DNA of 63,954 bases, filler included, from Octopus bimaculoides (lineage: Eukaryota): NCBI RefSeq assembly GCF_001194135.2. It is 4 parts of 4 records of this genome, joined end to end, with 100 filler letters (N's around TTAATTAATTAA, not from the genome) between each part and the next. Parts side by side here need not be neighbours in the genome. Positions count along the whole stretch, not along the records: positions 1 to 29,726 come from NC_068985.1; 3 more parts are not named here. The stretch is one strand, 5' to 3'. The notes below the pieces were generated by a model. The model did no database searches. It was given only the letters and a program-made list of their open reading frames with translations, and was not told the origin of the DNA. The position numbers and the translations under genes are program-made. This document shows, piece by piece, positions 10,871 to 24,393 of the stretch; position 1 is the first letter of the stretch; the number at the start of each line of letters is the position of its first letter.

Positions 10871-12771
10871 ATCATTTTTTTTGCTTTTTTTTTCATGTTT
10901 TTGTTTTGTTTTGTTTTGTTTTCCTAAATACCTCGGTATTTCTAACTGAGCTATAAGGAATGTCGTTTCGTGGATAAGATGGTTCGCTGCTATCCTATTT
11001 TGAATCTTCACTCTGCTTCATTACTGATCAACAATTTTTCTCTCCTTCAGCTCAAGCTGAATTTCATTTAAAATTACTCAATACATCCACTTCCTGTTTA
11101 CTTCTATTCAAAATGCACCTCTCTCTCCCTCCCCCTCTCTCTCCCACTTTAGTCCCAGCATAATATTCACCGACCGAAAAGTTCATGAAAGTCTATCTAA
11201 TCCGACATTTCAAACTTAACACTAATCGCACAAACTCCATAAATATATGTTCTATGTTCTATTCTTCCGTCTTAATATTGCCTACATAAGCGATAATTAA
11301 GTCTTTACTCTCGAGACTAACAAATAACAAAAGTTTTAACTGTATCATATTTCTATGATGCTCACACAAAATCATTTCTCTTTTTTCACAGCAGCGTGAC
11401 CATTAGATGAACATGGCTTTTTTGTTTTCCCAGATTTCGTCGCATCAACCGTTTTATTTTATTCACGATCCATTTAACATTGTGTAGCGTGTTGAGAATT
11501 ACAAATTATTTTCTAATCGTTATTATTTTACTGTTTTATAAATTCCAAGCATTGATATTTAGTGTGTAAACGATATCCTATTGATTTAAATACATCTTTG
11601 AACTTTAATTCATATTCATAACGGGGATATTAATATCAACAAGGTTCCATAAAGAATAAAAATCGGTAAACAGAAGTAAACAATTACTCCCGAAATAACA
11701 ATTGCCTAATTCTAAACTAGGAAAACGGTCGGTCTTTAATTTTATTACTGATTATAATAAAAAAAAAAAAAGACCACAAAAATATTGTTTANNNNNNNNN
11801 NTATATATAAAGTATAACATGACTGGTTAGCTTTGAAATCTTTCATCGTGTAAAAATATCCATTAAGTAAATCTGTTGTTTATTAGGCGGTGTGTCTATT
11901 TATAGCATAAAATTCAAAAACTTTATTTTAAGTTTGATTTTTAGAAGCGTCAGGCTCTGACTACACATGAACTAAATCACTAAACTTAATGAAAAGGCAT
12001 TGAGCTTCTTTTTTTTTTTTCTGGTTGTTTGTTTTTGGTGGAGCGAGTTTTGTTTCCTCTTTGTTTTCATCATGATACTTTCTCTTGTTAATACTTAATG
12101 TTGTTAACTTTCTATTTAGTTCGTATATAATGTTAATACAATTTGACTTCCATACTCCTGGTGTTAAGTCAGTAACATTAACTTTATAATGAAACGAAAC
12201 ACTCATGACAAAAAACTAAACGTTGTTTCTTTTTCTCTTATTCCAAACGTTTTAGAATTCGCGCCAAACTGTATTTGCGTGGATTAAGCTGTTTATTTTG
12301 GAAAGATAAATATACTTTCAACTCATGGTTCGAATTAGTTATAGATAAAATAAATATATCCACTTAGTATGCTAACAGGATTAATTTCCTGTATTTAACT
12401 TTTATCATCGTTTTTGGCGTTGCCAATGTATATTTGTTTGTAATTTGCTTTATTGTAATTATAAAATATATTCGAAAAGATGGTATTAAATATCTATAAG
12501 GAAAAAGGATATTTGTACACGTTAAATAAGTATAATACTAAACCTATTTAACATGTACAAATATCACTTCTTTCAGTTTGTTACTGCATTGCTTCTAATT
12601 AGCCTTATAGAAATTATATTTATCCGTCGGCTGTAGTGTGGGCGCCGTGTTGTTCTGGCATAAACAACTCAATGAACGAATATATCTAATAGTAAATAGT
12701 AAAATTGTACCATAAGGTAACATCTTACAATTGTAGGCAATAGGAAAACTATAAAACTGAGAATTTGATGT

Positions 12772-12829
<58 letters not shown>

Positions 12830-12835
<6 letters not shown>

Positions 12836-13079
12836 AGTGACTGAGTGGCAAGTAGCTTGCTTACCAACCACATGGTTCTGGGTTCAGTCCCACTGTGTAG
12901 CACCTTGGGCAAGTGTCTTCTGCTATAATCTCGGGCCGACCAAAGCCTTGTGAGTGGATTTGGTAGATGGAAACTGAAAGAAGCCCGTTGTATATATATA
13001 TATGTTTGTGTGTCTGTGCGTCCCCGTAACTTAGTGGTTCGGCAAAAGAAACCGATAGAATAAGTACTGGCTTACAAAG
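12830..13079 (+). mobile_element. SINE family D (cut by gap)
   Basis: aggagtgactgagtggcaagtagcttgcttaccaaccacatggttctgggttcagtcccact... Confidence 0.9.
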
Positions 13080-15458
13080 NNNNNNNNNNNNNNNNNNNNN
13101 NNNNNNNNNNNNNNNNNNNNNNNNNNNNNNNNNNNNNNNNNNNNNNNNNNNNNNNNNNNNNNNNNNNNNNNNNNNNNNNNNNNNNNNNNNNNNNNNNNNN
13201 NNNNNNNNNNNNNNNNNNNNNNNNNNNNNNNNNNNNNNNNNNNNNNNNNNNNNNNNNNNNNNNNNNNNNNNNNNNNNNNNNNNNNNNNNNNNNNNNNNNN
13301 NNNNNNNNNNNNNNNNNNNNNNNNNNNNNNNNNNNNNNNNNNNNNNNNNNNNNNNNNNNNNNNNNNNNNNNNNNNNNNNNNNNNNNNNNNNNNNNNNNNN
13401 NNNNNNNNNNNNNNNNNNNNNNNNNNNNNNNNNNNNNNNNNNNNNNNNNNNNNNNNNNNNNNNNNNNNNNNNNNNNNNNNNNNNNNNNNNNNNNNNNNNN
13501 NNNNNNNNNNNNNNNNNNNNNNNNNNNNNNNNNNNNNNNNNNNNNNNNNNNNNNNNNNNNNNNNNNNNNNNNNNNNNNNNNNNNNNNNNNNNNNNNNNNN
13601 NNNNNNNNNNNNNNNNNNNNNNNNNNNNNNNNNNNNNNNNNNNNNNNNNNNNNNNNNNNNNNNNNNNNNNNNNNNNNNNNNNNNNNNNNNNNNNNNNNNN
13701 NNNNNNNNNNNNNNNNNNNNNNNNNNNNNNNNNNNNNNNNNNNNNNNNNNNNNNNNNNNNNNNNNNNNNNNNNNNNNNNNNNNNNNNNNNNNNNNNNNNN
13801 NNNNNNNNNNNNNNNNNNNNNNNNNNNNNNNNNNNNNNNNNNNNNNNNNNNNNNNNNNNNNNNNNNNNNNNNNNNNNNNNNNNNNNNNNNNNNNNNNNNN
13901 NNNNNNNNNNNNNNNNNNNNNNNNNNNNNNNATATATATATATATATATATAGACATGCATGCAAGTACACGCACACAAATACACGTATATGTATGCATA
14001 TTCTCATCTATTTTTAATTATTACAATCTTTCAGTATGGAAAGAGCTGGGTTTTTAGCAAAAACACAACGTTTTATCGTTCGGATGTAGATAGCAAAAAG
14101 CAAATTCACATTTTGAACTTCAGAAAAATCTTGCATATTTTTACTGTTCCACCTATAGACTGTATTTGTAATATGTGTCAGCCGGTTGATTTTTCTTTTC
14201 TTTTTTTTTTTCTTGAAAACCCTAGCATTTCTTGATTGTCACTTTGGCATTTACTCACAAAACCAAGTGCACCAATTATTATTGGCATAAATAGTTAAAT
14301 ATAGTCGATTACAGGAGAAAAAATGGCTATCACTGGTTATACTGAGACAGATCAACGCCGCTGTCCCGACTACTCAACTCATGGTTATGGGAACGTGACA
14401 ATATGCTTAAAAAGGGATCATTTCTATGCTCTCCCACCTTATATCTTATTTAGATTGAAAAGCCAAAAACGGCTTAGTGTTGTTTGAATATTGTGTTACA
14501 GTCTCACTTTTCTAATTTTAGTTGTCGAGATTTCTGGCTCAACCCTAAATTCTGACAAAGTCAAATTCCTTTCATCAAGTAACTCCACTACAACAGAAAC
14601 CCCCTAGGGAATATATTGTAATAGTATTTTCCAACCATTCAAATGATGTGGGATATAAATAAATAATAATTGACTATAAACTAACTCCCAACTCTCTTTA
14701 GATAATGCAGTATGGTTGTCCACCAACAAAATTAATCTTTAAAAAAAACAACTATATACGCAGAATAAAGTAACTGACTATTTAAACTTTTTAGAGTTTT
14801 TTTCATTGTATTATTTACTAGAAATTTGTTTTATTTTATTTTATTAATTTATCCTTTAATTATAGTCAATTTTCTGCTGTTTGCAGAAGTGATCATTCTC
14901 TCTAGCTAAGAATCTGTTTTCGAAATTATTTTAAAATGTTGTATAGTGGCTTGATACAATTGCTTCTAATTAGGGTAAGCCTGCTACTTAGAAAGCACTT
15001 GCATTGCTGTAAATAGCACTGAAAATATCTGTACCTGTATACACAATAGATATAACTGTGTGTTTTAACACAGAGACACACCATTACACGCATACAATAC
15101 TTGTAGCATCCAATGAGAGGACCCATTAAAATCAGAAAATTCTAAATGAACTATTTGTTCTAAAAAGGATGTTGTACAGTTCTTGGGGAGGGATAAACAC
15201 ACACATGTGTGTATGTATGTGTGTCGGTATATATATATATATAGATGTGTGATGTCAATCTCTACTTATATGATGAATATATATATTAACAGATATACAA
15301 ATGTATGTGTGTGCGTTATATGTGTTCATGTATATTTTGAATATATGTGTATATGTATGTGTGTTTGTACAGAACAGAAATATACACAGAGAGAGAGAGA
15401 TAAGAGCTTAGATAAATGCGCACATCTTTCAGTGTATATATATCTGGAAGTATCTTGC

Positions 15459-15459
<1 letters not shown>

Positions 15460-15489
<30 letters not shown>

Positions 15490-15570
15490 TGCATGTGTGT
15501 TTGTGTATGTTAGCGTATGTGTGTGTGTGTGTGCGTGTGTGTGTGTGTGCGTGTGTGTGTGTGTGCGTGT
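15460..15570. repeat. (TG)n compound microsatellite
   Basis: Seen directly. Confidence 0.9.
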
Positions 15571-16549
15571 GAAATTGATGTTTTCAAAAGCGAGGGAGGA
15601 TATATGTTTCCATACTCTTTTGAACTACTTACGATTTACTTAGCTCAGAATATAATTTTATGTCGAATACAGTTTACTTAAACTAAAAGATGCCATTAAA
15701 ATGCCTTTAAAATGGTCGATAAAAGGAAACATGGAATGAAGTATATGTTGAAGAAAATACTGTTTGCATATTAATAAGTATCTATGTGATCTCGTAATCA
15801 TAAATGGTAATAGAGAAATGAAGACCGAAAAAAGTATAAGATGAGAGATAAAGGAGAAGGGAAAGAAGAAGTATATGAGATTAGACATCAGGGTACAGGA
15901 ATCTGGATTTTTGGATGGAGTTTCTTCAGTTCAAACGCATAAACCTGTCAGCAGTGATCGAAGGCGGTCCGGCCATGACCATCCAATTTTTTATCCCTAC
16001 AATGTATCTGAGACTACATTATTCAATATGTTCTACAATTTTTGAAAGAATGTAAGGTTTGATTCGAGGGATATTTAGATGCTGTTGGCGGGATTCAGTT
16101 GTTATAAATACCGATAATTATAAAGAACAACATTTGTTTTGTTTTGTTTTGTTTTTTTTTTTTGTTTTTTTTTTACTTAAGTATAAATTAAGAGCTGAAT
16201 TGATCGATTTTCTATAATTCTCATACGAAATTAATGAATTTCTTTAGCAACTGGGTGCATACGTGTATGTATTCATTAAGATATAGAAAACATTTTAATT
16301 AAAATTAATATTCACATTTATAGTCCTTGAGTCAAGAATAATATTAAAAGTAGGATATTTCCTTAAATAATTATCCATACCGTCTTATCAGGGGCCTTTA
16401 TGTATGCCAACGCCTCCTTTTCTTTCTCAGACTAAAGACGGGAAAAGACTTGTTACTTTCTCGTTTGTCTTTTTTGTCGACGTCCTCAAGTCGAGGTAAC
16501 TTCTCTATTCAGAATAAAACAAAGAAGTGTACATCTTAATTTTTGATAT

Positions 16550-17545
16550 GCCGCGGCGAGCTGGTAGAAACGTTAGCAACACCGGGCGAAATGCTTAGCG
16601 GCATTTAGTCTGTCTTTACGTTCTGAGTTCAAATTCCGCAGAGGTCGACTTTATTTTTCATCCTTTCGGGGTCGATAAGTTAAGTACCAGTTGCGTACTA
16701 GGGTCAATCTAATCGACTGGCCCCTCCCCCAAAATTTCGGGCCTCGTGCCTAGAACAGAAAAGAATATTTGATCTGCTAAGGCGGCGAGCTGACAGAATC
16801 GTCAGCATGCCGGGCAAAATGCTTAGAAGTATTTTGTTCGTCTTCATGTTCTGAGTTCAAATTCTGCCGAGGTCGACTTTGCATTTTATCTTTCATTGAA
16901 ATAAGTGCCAGTTGACCACTGGGGTCAATGTAGTACTTTAACCCCTCTCCCTTGAACTTTCTGGCTTTGTGCCGAAGTATGAAACCAATATTTTGACACA
17001 TTTTATAACAAGGCCCAAATTTCGGGCCTTGTGCCTAGAGTAGAAAAGCATATGTTCACGATTATTCCTCAAAATATAAAGTACTGGTTTTGATTTTGAG
17101 TCATAATTGTTTCTAATTTAGGAATTAGACCAAAAATACTGAGGGGAGGGATCAATCAAACTATCGGCCCCTGTAGTAGATTCGTACTTTATTTCCTCGA
17201 CCCTGGAATTATGAAAAACAAAGTTGACATCGGAGGGATTTGAACTCAGAACATAAAGAACCGGAAAATACCGCCAGGCACTTTGTCAAATGATCTAAAA
17301 ATTTCGCCAACTTACCGCCTCAATTTAGAGTCACAGTTATTCTTTCTAAACTTGGTACAAAGTCAGCGATTTTTGAAAGGGAGGTGGGGCAAGTCGATCA
17401 CATCGATCTCAGTGCTCAACTGGTATTTATTCTATCGACTCCGAAAGGATGAAAGGGAAAGTCGAGATCAGCGGCATTTGAACTCAGCTGGAGGAAATAC
17501 CGCTAAACATTTTGTCCGACACGCTAACGATTCTACCAGATCGCT
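16550..17545. mobile_element. Cluster of four family A SINEs (16550-16770 +, 16780-17045 +, 17140-17310 -, 17370-17545 -)
   Basis: Repeated head and ttctgagttcaaattccgc..aggtcgacttt core. Confidence 0.85.
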
Positions 17546-19138
17546 ACCTTTTAGAAACAATAATGAAACTACAAATTGTATTCCAACACTGAACAAGTAT
17601 AAATTACAGGGTTTAAGAATAACAGTCTTGTAAAAGAAACTAACCCCACGAGAAACTAATTAAATACCGCATCATCTCGACATTGGTTTTTAGGGTGGTG
17701 GGGGATTAAGATAGGGACAAATTTTGCAAAGTAGACAAATTTTGCAAAATAGAACTACACTACTTTTGGGTCCTGGTTAGAGATTGTGCCTCTAAAACCT
17801 CAAGAAGCCTGTGAGATTTGGGATTTTTTTCCTGTCAGAAATCATCCTATCAGATCTTCTCTGAACTTTCCTTGGCTACTCGAGCCCTCGACCGACATAC
17901 CAACTGGACCCCTCCCTCTTATGATACACAACTGAAAACAAAAGATGACTGTACGAAACCCTTTTTAACATGACAACATTCTTAACAGAGATGTTTGTGA
18001 CTGGACAGCTGTCTCAAAATAAATTCAATCCTAGTATTGAATTCATCGCTCTCCGGGTTTAATAGAACAGAAGACACGAGTGATTCATTTTACTATATTG
18101 CGTTGCTTGTACTAATTTCATCCGTTCCTGAAAAATAAAAGGTGAGAGTTGAACCCAGTCAAAATGGTATCCTCGGGGCCAATTTTAGGTGCTCGTGGTC
18201 TGGGTGGTGTACCAAAGAAATGGAACCCCATATATTGCCATATGCTTCCCCACAAAGGACTCATGGACCCATACCCTCCTATGTTCCGGTTCTTCAGCAT
18301 GCACAGCAGTAGATGTTCTACTTACTATCTTAAGCTATCTGACACCTTTAATACTTGAACATATCATTACCGCTATTAATATGAAGTAAAAAGATAATTG
18401 GTTATATTAAAGCAATGAAAATATTTTATATCTTAAATAAAAATAAAACGGGTGTTTTAACATTTCTCTTCTATGGAAGAGACTTTGGCTTTTGTTAACA
18501 AAAACAATGACTTGGTGAAGCGCTTCTTGTATTTTGATATTATATATATCAAATTGCCTTGTTTTACAGGAGTTTCTTTTCGTATAAGGTTTATTTATTT
18601 TATTTTATTATTTTTTTCGTATAGGGTATTTCTGTAGAAGTCCAATACCTTGAGTAATCCATACCTGATGGATATTTTCTCTCAAGCATCTCATTATCAA
18701 TCTTTCTTTAACCTTATCCTGCTTGAAACTTTGCATACTCTAAGTTAATTCTTAATGTTTTAGTGTACGATCTCGAGTCAAACTAAAGAGGATTCAGCCA
18801 TCTAGATGTCGTTTTATCAGTAAGAGCTGTGATGTTGTATGAACGTTTTGTTTTCATGCGTAAATTTAAGATATTCTTTTTGTAATTAGCACTTATTCAA
18901 AACTTACTCAAATTCAATCGTAACAAACATTCAACAAATCTTTAAGTTTCTATTTGTGGAACACTATCGAATATATTTAGATGTGTAAAAATAGTATATA
19001 TATCAAATATACATGCCAAGGGTCGCGCACAAAATAAGGTTTATACGCTCCGTAGACATGCTTCAAGTTTTCTAAAATTGATTAAAATGAATAAAATAAT
19101 GATGAACACACGCGTACTTGTGCATGATGAACAAAATT

Positions 19139-19156
19139 AATAACAACAACAACAAC

Positions 19157-19230
<74 letters not shown>
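19139..19230. repeat. (AAC)n(AAT)n microsatellite
   Basis: Seen directly. Confidence 0.95.
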
Positions 19231-19231
<1 letters not shown>

Positions 19232-19317
19232 GTAATTTAAATAAAATGTTGAATATTTTGGTGTGTGACTTTTGGCCCACCCTGCATTTCATTTGAATTT
19301 TGTTAGAAAATTTCATT

Positions 19318-19680
19318 ATTACTTCCCCCTTTGCTAAGGCGGGGGTATTGTTTTCAGTTGTGTTTGATTGTTTGTTTGTCCGTGGACAAGATATCTCAAG
19401 AACAGCTGGATGGATTCGGATGAAACTTTCAGGGATGTTTGTCCTTGTGACTGGCACAAACTGATTAGATTTGGGGATCGGTCGGGTACTGGACAAGAAT
19501 TCTGGATTATTTTTCCGTTTTTTTTAACTTAATTTTTGAGAGCGATCGGGTTCATTTTTAGTATTCTCGTTTGTGAGAGCAGTCGAGTTTATTTCAGATA
19601 TTCTCATTTTAAAACTCATCTCCGGCTAATCGTTGAGAAAACGCCGGCGCTGCCTCAGGTTGTTAGTAAATTATTCTACT
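19318..19680 (+). mobile_element. Probable non-autonomous Helentron-associated (HINE/DINE-1-like) element
   Basis: Begins attacttccccctttgctaaggcgggggtattgttttc..(gttt)n..ggatggattcggatgaaacttt..gattagatttgggg, a layout I recognise from this class. The 3' end is uncertain. Confidence 0.45.
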
Positions 19681-19759
19681 GGTGTTTTTCATAGTGTTAA
19701 GACGTGTAATTTTTGTGCTCCGCACGCCTGAATTTGTATGCATATGCATATGAATGTGT

Positions 19760-19950
19760 GTCCTACCACCGCTTGACAATCGGTGTTGGTTTGTTAACGT
19801 TCTTGTAACTTAACGATTCGGCAAAAGAGATTGATAGCATAAACGCCATACTTTAAAAAGGAGCAATTTGTTCGATTAAATTCTTCAAAGCGGTGCCCCA
19901 GCATGACCGCAGTCCAATGACTGATGCCAATAAAAGATAAAAGAACGCAA
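19760..19950 (+). mobile_element. SINE family D, 3' part
   Basis: ccaccgcttgacaatcggtgttgg...gccccagcatgaccgcagtccaatgactga. Confidence 0.8.
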
Positions 19951-20229
19951 TGAAACAAGATGTGCCTTTCTCCTGACACAAAGCTGCATACTAATATCGG
20001 AAGCTAAACTGAAGTTACATATCATTGTAACGATAAGGCAATAGATAAGAAGAATTGTTTGAACATCGAAGGAAACGCCTCACAATATCCTGGTCCTCCG
20101 TGTTCTGAGTTCAAATCATATTGAGATCAATTGTGCTTATCATCTTTCTGCGATCCAATAAAAGTCATGTATTGGGGTAACTTTAATCGACTGCCGATCC
20201 GTGCCAACATACAATGGTAAGATAGAGTT

Positions 20230-21255
20230 GGTCGAAATCCCCGACCATCGTAGGACTCCAAAACCAGATAAAGTGACACACTAATTAGAGTTCACATAGC
20301 TATCCATCCATCCTCTCCACCCACTGTTCTTAGGTGGACCGTGACGGAAGAGTCTTCAGGCATCTCCTCCATAGGGTCCTATCAGAAGCAGCCATTATTA
20401 GACTTTCCAGTTGGATTGCCAAACGTGACCAACTGAGACTCTGGATATTATTCACCCACCTCATTCTTGGTCTACCTTTAGGTCTCCTGCAAGTTGGCTC
20501 CGTTTGAAGAGTCTGTCTTGCTATGTTTCCTGCGACATTCTAATCACATGTCCATAATACTGGAACTGTGACCTCTCAAGGGGGAGAAGTAGCGGCTTGA
20601 CCTGATCTCCGAGCTACGTACCCAGTCAAGTAACCGGTGATCCTTCGGAGGAACCCCTTTTCGGCTGTTTGTATCCGGGATCATAACCTTTTAGATATTA
20701 CCCAACATTCATGAACTCATGAGAGAATGGGCACGAAAACCGATCTGGCGAGATGGTGAGTTTGGTTTACCTACCAACCTCTCTTCTGAGGATTGAATGT
20801 TGGAGCTGGTGCATTACTGTGCTAGCACCTGCAATTCTGACATCCAATCCAGCCTTTTGTCTTCCATCTCTCGTGAATACGAGTCCGAGATACTTGATCT
20901 TTCTTACTTGTCTCAGCGATGTTCTACAAACATGCAGAGTACAATTAGGAAGACTTTCTTGAGAAGAGTAATGTCTCCGTCTTCGCAACACTAATTCTCA
21001 TCACTGCCTTGCATCACTCGACAGCAAACCCATTCAGTGCATGCAGAAGATAACCTGCCGATGAACCAAGAAGCACCATGTTGTCTGCAAATATCAGCCG
21101 ACCGATCCTACACCCATCGGTTGTAATACCACTTCCATACCGACTGCGCGTATCAATCCAGTTCATAAAAATTATGAAAAGGGGAGGTAACAATGCACAC
21201 TCCTACCGAAGCCCAACGCCCACATTGAAAGCTTTCAGCTTTTAACATTGCCTGC
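20230..21255 (-). mobile_element. RTE-clade LINE fragment (RT C-terminal half), decayed
   Basis: GLR*ECALLPPLFIIFMNWI...LIFADNMVLL...KIKYLGLVFTRDGRQKAGLDVRIAGAS...LERSQFQYYGHVIRM. Confidence 0.85.
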
Positions 21256-21269
21256 ATTACTGCCTACAT

Positions 21270-21480
21270 GAAGGCGGTGAGCTAGCGAAATTGTTAGCGA
21301 AAAGGGAAAAATACTTAACAATATTTCTCCAGTTCTTTACGTTTTGAGTTCAAATTCTCCTGAGGTCAACTTTATCTGTCATCCTTTTAGGGGTCGATAA
21401 AGTACCAGTTGAAAGCTTGGGTTAATGTAGTCAATTTATCTCCTCCTGTAAAACCGCTGACCTTGTACCAAAATTTAAAA
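21270..21480 (+). mobile_element. SINE family A
   Basis: aaggcggtgagctagc...ttttgagttcaaattctcctgaggtcaacttt. Confidence 0.8.
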
Positions 21481-21562
21481 GCTTATTACTGCCAACGCAC
21501 CACACAGTCTTACATTCTATGATTCATACACACACATACACACTCACTCGATCACTTCCTAC

Positions 21563-21563
21563 C

Positions 21564-21637
<74 letters not shown>
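21563..21637. repeat. (CT)n microsatellite
   Basis: Seen directly. Confidence 0.95.
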
Positions 21638-21643
<6 letters not shown>

Positions 21644-22449
21644 GAAGTGAACTCCATTAAAAAAGGTTTAATGCAAAACAAAAGAGATCAATACAACTAA
21701 ACAAATATTACTAAATCAATGGTGGAAACTCGGAAACAAATAAAACTGCGCCAGTTTTTTTTATTCCCCTTCTTTTCAATTGTCATTCCTTGATTTAATT
21801 CTATTTTTAAATGTTTTTAAATTTTTTGTAATATTTTCTGCAATATTTTATTTTGTAATATTTTGTAATATTTTATTCCCTTTTTAAAGTACTCTTTTTT
21901 ACTTTATTCTATGTTGTTTTCTTTAAAAAGGTATGTCCTGAAAGAGCTCCTCAGAGCTCGATAATTACATAGCATTTCTATCCAGCTCCAACCGCACATT
22001 TGTCTCTATTTCTCTTGTCGCCTATATCATGTCTCACCTTACCGGATACCACACTAATTGCCATGGAATGCCTTCTTTAATACCCTTCCCAACCATGTTT
22101 TTCCTGCAGTCATTGGCTTAAATATGTTCAAACTGAACATCCACCGCATCAATTTCACTAGTCTCGAAGGCTTACGAAGGTCATGCGGGGCTGCCCTATT
22201 CTATTGATTAAAACAAAACATTTTGTAAATGCCTGATTTTTGATGTCTGATCTAGATAAGTTCTTTAAAAATGCTAACAGCGCTTACAAAATCATTATAA
22301 CAGAGTAGAGAGATTTGTATCTCTCTACTGCTTTTAACAGTAATATCAGCACAAATGAAAGTGATAGCTACTGCCAAACAACTGGAAACTCTATAGACTT
22401 ACTGTCTCAACTAACTCAACCTCTAAGCGCTTAACTTCAGATGACTTCA

Positions 22450-23400
22450 CACAATGTCATGTTACATTGTCATCTAAAGTTATGGGCAAAATTACGAAAC
22501 ACGTTGAAGATCTAGTGTTATGAAATTTTGAAACAGATTAAATTCATAGATTTCAGTCACTCCTACAGAAGGTCTACTCACCTTTAATCTTATTAAAAGA
22601 AAAAAAGGAGCGATGAGAAGTAGGGTAGAAGAGGCTGTATTTAGGATTAGTATCAAAGCGATAGTTCTTTTGCATGCAGCCGTTGCTTTTCGATCTAATG
22701 TCGTCTGCATTTTTCTTTTTTTTTTATGTCTTGTCCTGTGAAACAATTCACAGTGACCACATATCATGTCCAGAACAATTCTCTTTGTCTTGCTACTGCC
22801 CGCCAAAGTCAAGGTCATTCCAAAGAAATCTCTTCTGTAATGTTGGTGATGTTGTTACAGAGAATTTCAATGTTAACGGTTCTTTCTTAACTCATTGGCC
22901 TAACTCCTGCAGCTCTTTAACTGATAATCTCTTAACATGAGATTATACTAACTCTTCAAAATCTTTCACATTGACATTTTACATCCCCCCCCCACCTCAT
23001 CCTACCATGGCCAGCTCATTGACCTCCTTGATGACTCTGATATTATTTGCATGCTTCTGACAAGAGCTTCTACACTCCCTTCATGCCGTTCTTGATTTCT
23101 TCGTCATAGACTGTTTTGATATTATCTCTGCCCTTTGTAGCATGACAACCCTTGAGAAATTGTTTATTTTGGCCACCTATTTCTTTATGTTGTTTGAAGG
23201 TGCAAAGGAAGTAATAGTCTTTGAGTTTAGAAATGACATTCTCATTGATTGAATGTAGTAAGGAAGAGGTATTTGATGGTTCGTGAAAAGTTTCGACAGA
23301 AATGCAAGTCTTGGAGGGTATAAAAGTTCTGGTGACATGGAACGTTATCAATCACCATCAATTCCTGGGGCTCAAGGTTATGTTCTTTGCAATATCTTTT
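22450..23400 (-). mobile_element. pogo/Tigger-like transposase remnant (DDE_1 region)
   Basis: Across frames: ELMVIDNVPCH...FHEPSNTSSLLHSINENVISKLKDYY...EEIKNGMKGV, resembling LDNAPGH...FLPPNTTSLLQPMDQGVI..FK.YY. Confidence 0.7.
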
Positions 23401-23470
23401 CACTGCTAGATAGATACATACATACATGCATTTGTATATCAATATTTGTATATCAATATTTGTGAACATT

Positions 23471-23741
23471 AAAGCTGCGAGCTGGCAGAAACGTTAGCAC
23501 GCCGGGCGAAATGCTTAGCGGTATTTCGTATGTCTTTATGCTCTGAGTTCAAATTTCGCCGAGGTCGACTTTGCTTTTTATCCTTTCGAGGTCGATAAAT
23601 TAAGTACCAGTTACGTACTGGGGTCGATGTAATCGACTGGCGCCCTCCCAAAAAATTTCGGACCTTGGGCCTAGAGTAGAAAAGAATATTTGTGAGCATT
23701 AAGGCGGTGAGCTGGCAGAAACGTTAGCACGCCGGGCGAAA
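23471..23741 (+). mobile_element. Family A SINE inserted directly in front of a second, truncated family A head
   Basis: TSD aatatttgtga(a/g)catt at 23455-23470 and 23685-23700. Confidence 0.85.
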
Positions 23742-24145
23742 CACAAGTATGAAACAAACCATTATGTGAAAATATCTATTGTCACTCAGGTTTTCTTGTT
23801 TGTTTTCCGAATCACAAATCGATACATTTTTGACATTACCTTCTATGGTTATGATTGNNNNNNNNNNNNNNNNNNNNNNNNNNNNNNNNNNNNNNNNNNN
23901 NNNNNNNNNNNNNNNNNNNNNNNNNNNNNNNNNNNNNNNNNNNNNNNNNNNNNNNNNNNNNNNNNNNNNNNNNNNNNNNNNNNNNNNNNNNNNNNNNNNN
24001 NNNNNNNNNNNNNNNNNNNNNNNNNNNNNNNNNNNNNNNNNNNNNNNNNNNNNNNNNNNNNNNNNNNNCTGCAATTGCAGACACTTAGACAGCCAAGGAT
24101 GGTTTTTAAATTGTGTAAACAATGTGTGTACGTAGGAGTATGTAC

Positions 24146-24381
24146 TATTTCTTTACTACCCACAAGGGGCTACACACAGAGGGGACAAACAAAGACAGAC
24201 AAACAGATTAAGTCGATTATATCGACCCCCAGAGCGTGACTGGTACTTATTTAATCGACCCCGAAAGGATGAAAGGCAAAGTCGACCTCGGCGGAATTTG
24301 AACTCAGAACGTAGCGGCAGACGAAATACCGCTAAGCATTTCGCCCGGCGTGCTAACGTTTCTGCCAGCTCGCCGCCTTAT
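24146..24381 (-). mobile_element. Full-length young family A SINE with 14-bp TSD
   Basis: TSD gtaggagtatgtac at 24132-24145 and 24382-24395; CpGs intact. Confidence 0.92.
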
Positions 24382-24393
24382 GTAGGAGTATGT

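Noticed and set aside
11961-12206. 81-aa minus-strand ORF MSVSFHYKVNV...
   Set aside because: No recognisable domain, runs through a poly-T tract, and its length is within chance expectation.
12861-14007. Long ORFs spanning gaps (also 27451-28629, 29775-30894 and 60926-62177)
   Set aside because: They consist of Ns and YI/CV/HT microsatellite translations.
17690-18380. GC-richer segments that look repeat-derived
   Set aside because: No termini, protein motifs or second copy in the window, so they are left unclassified.
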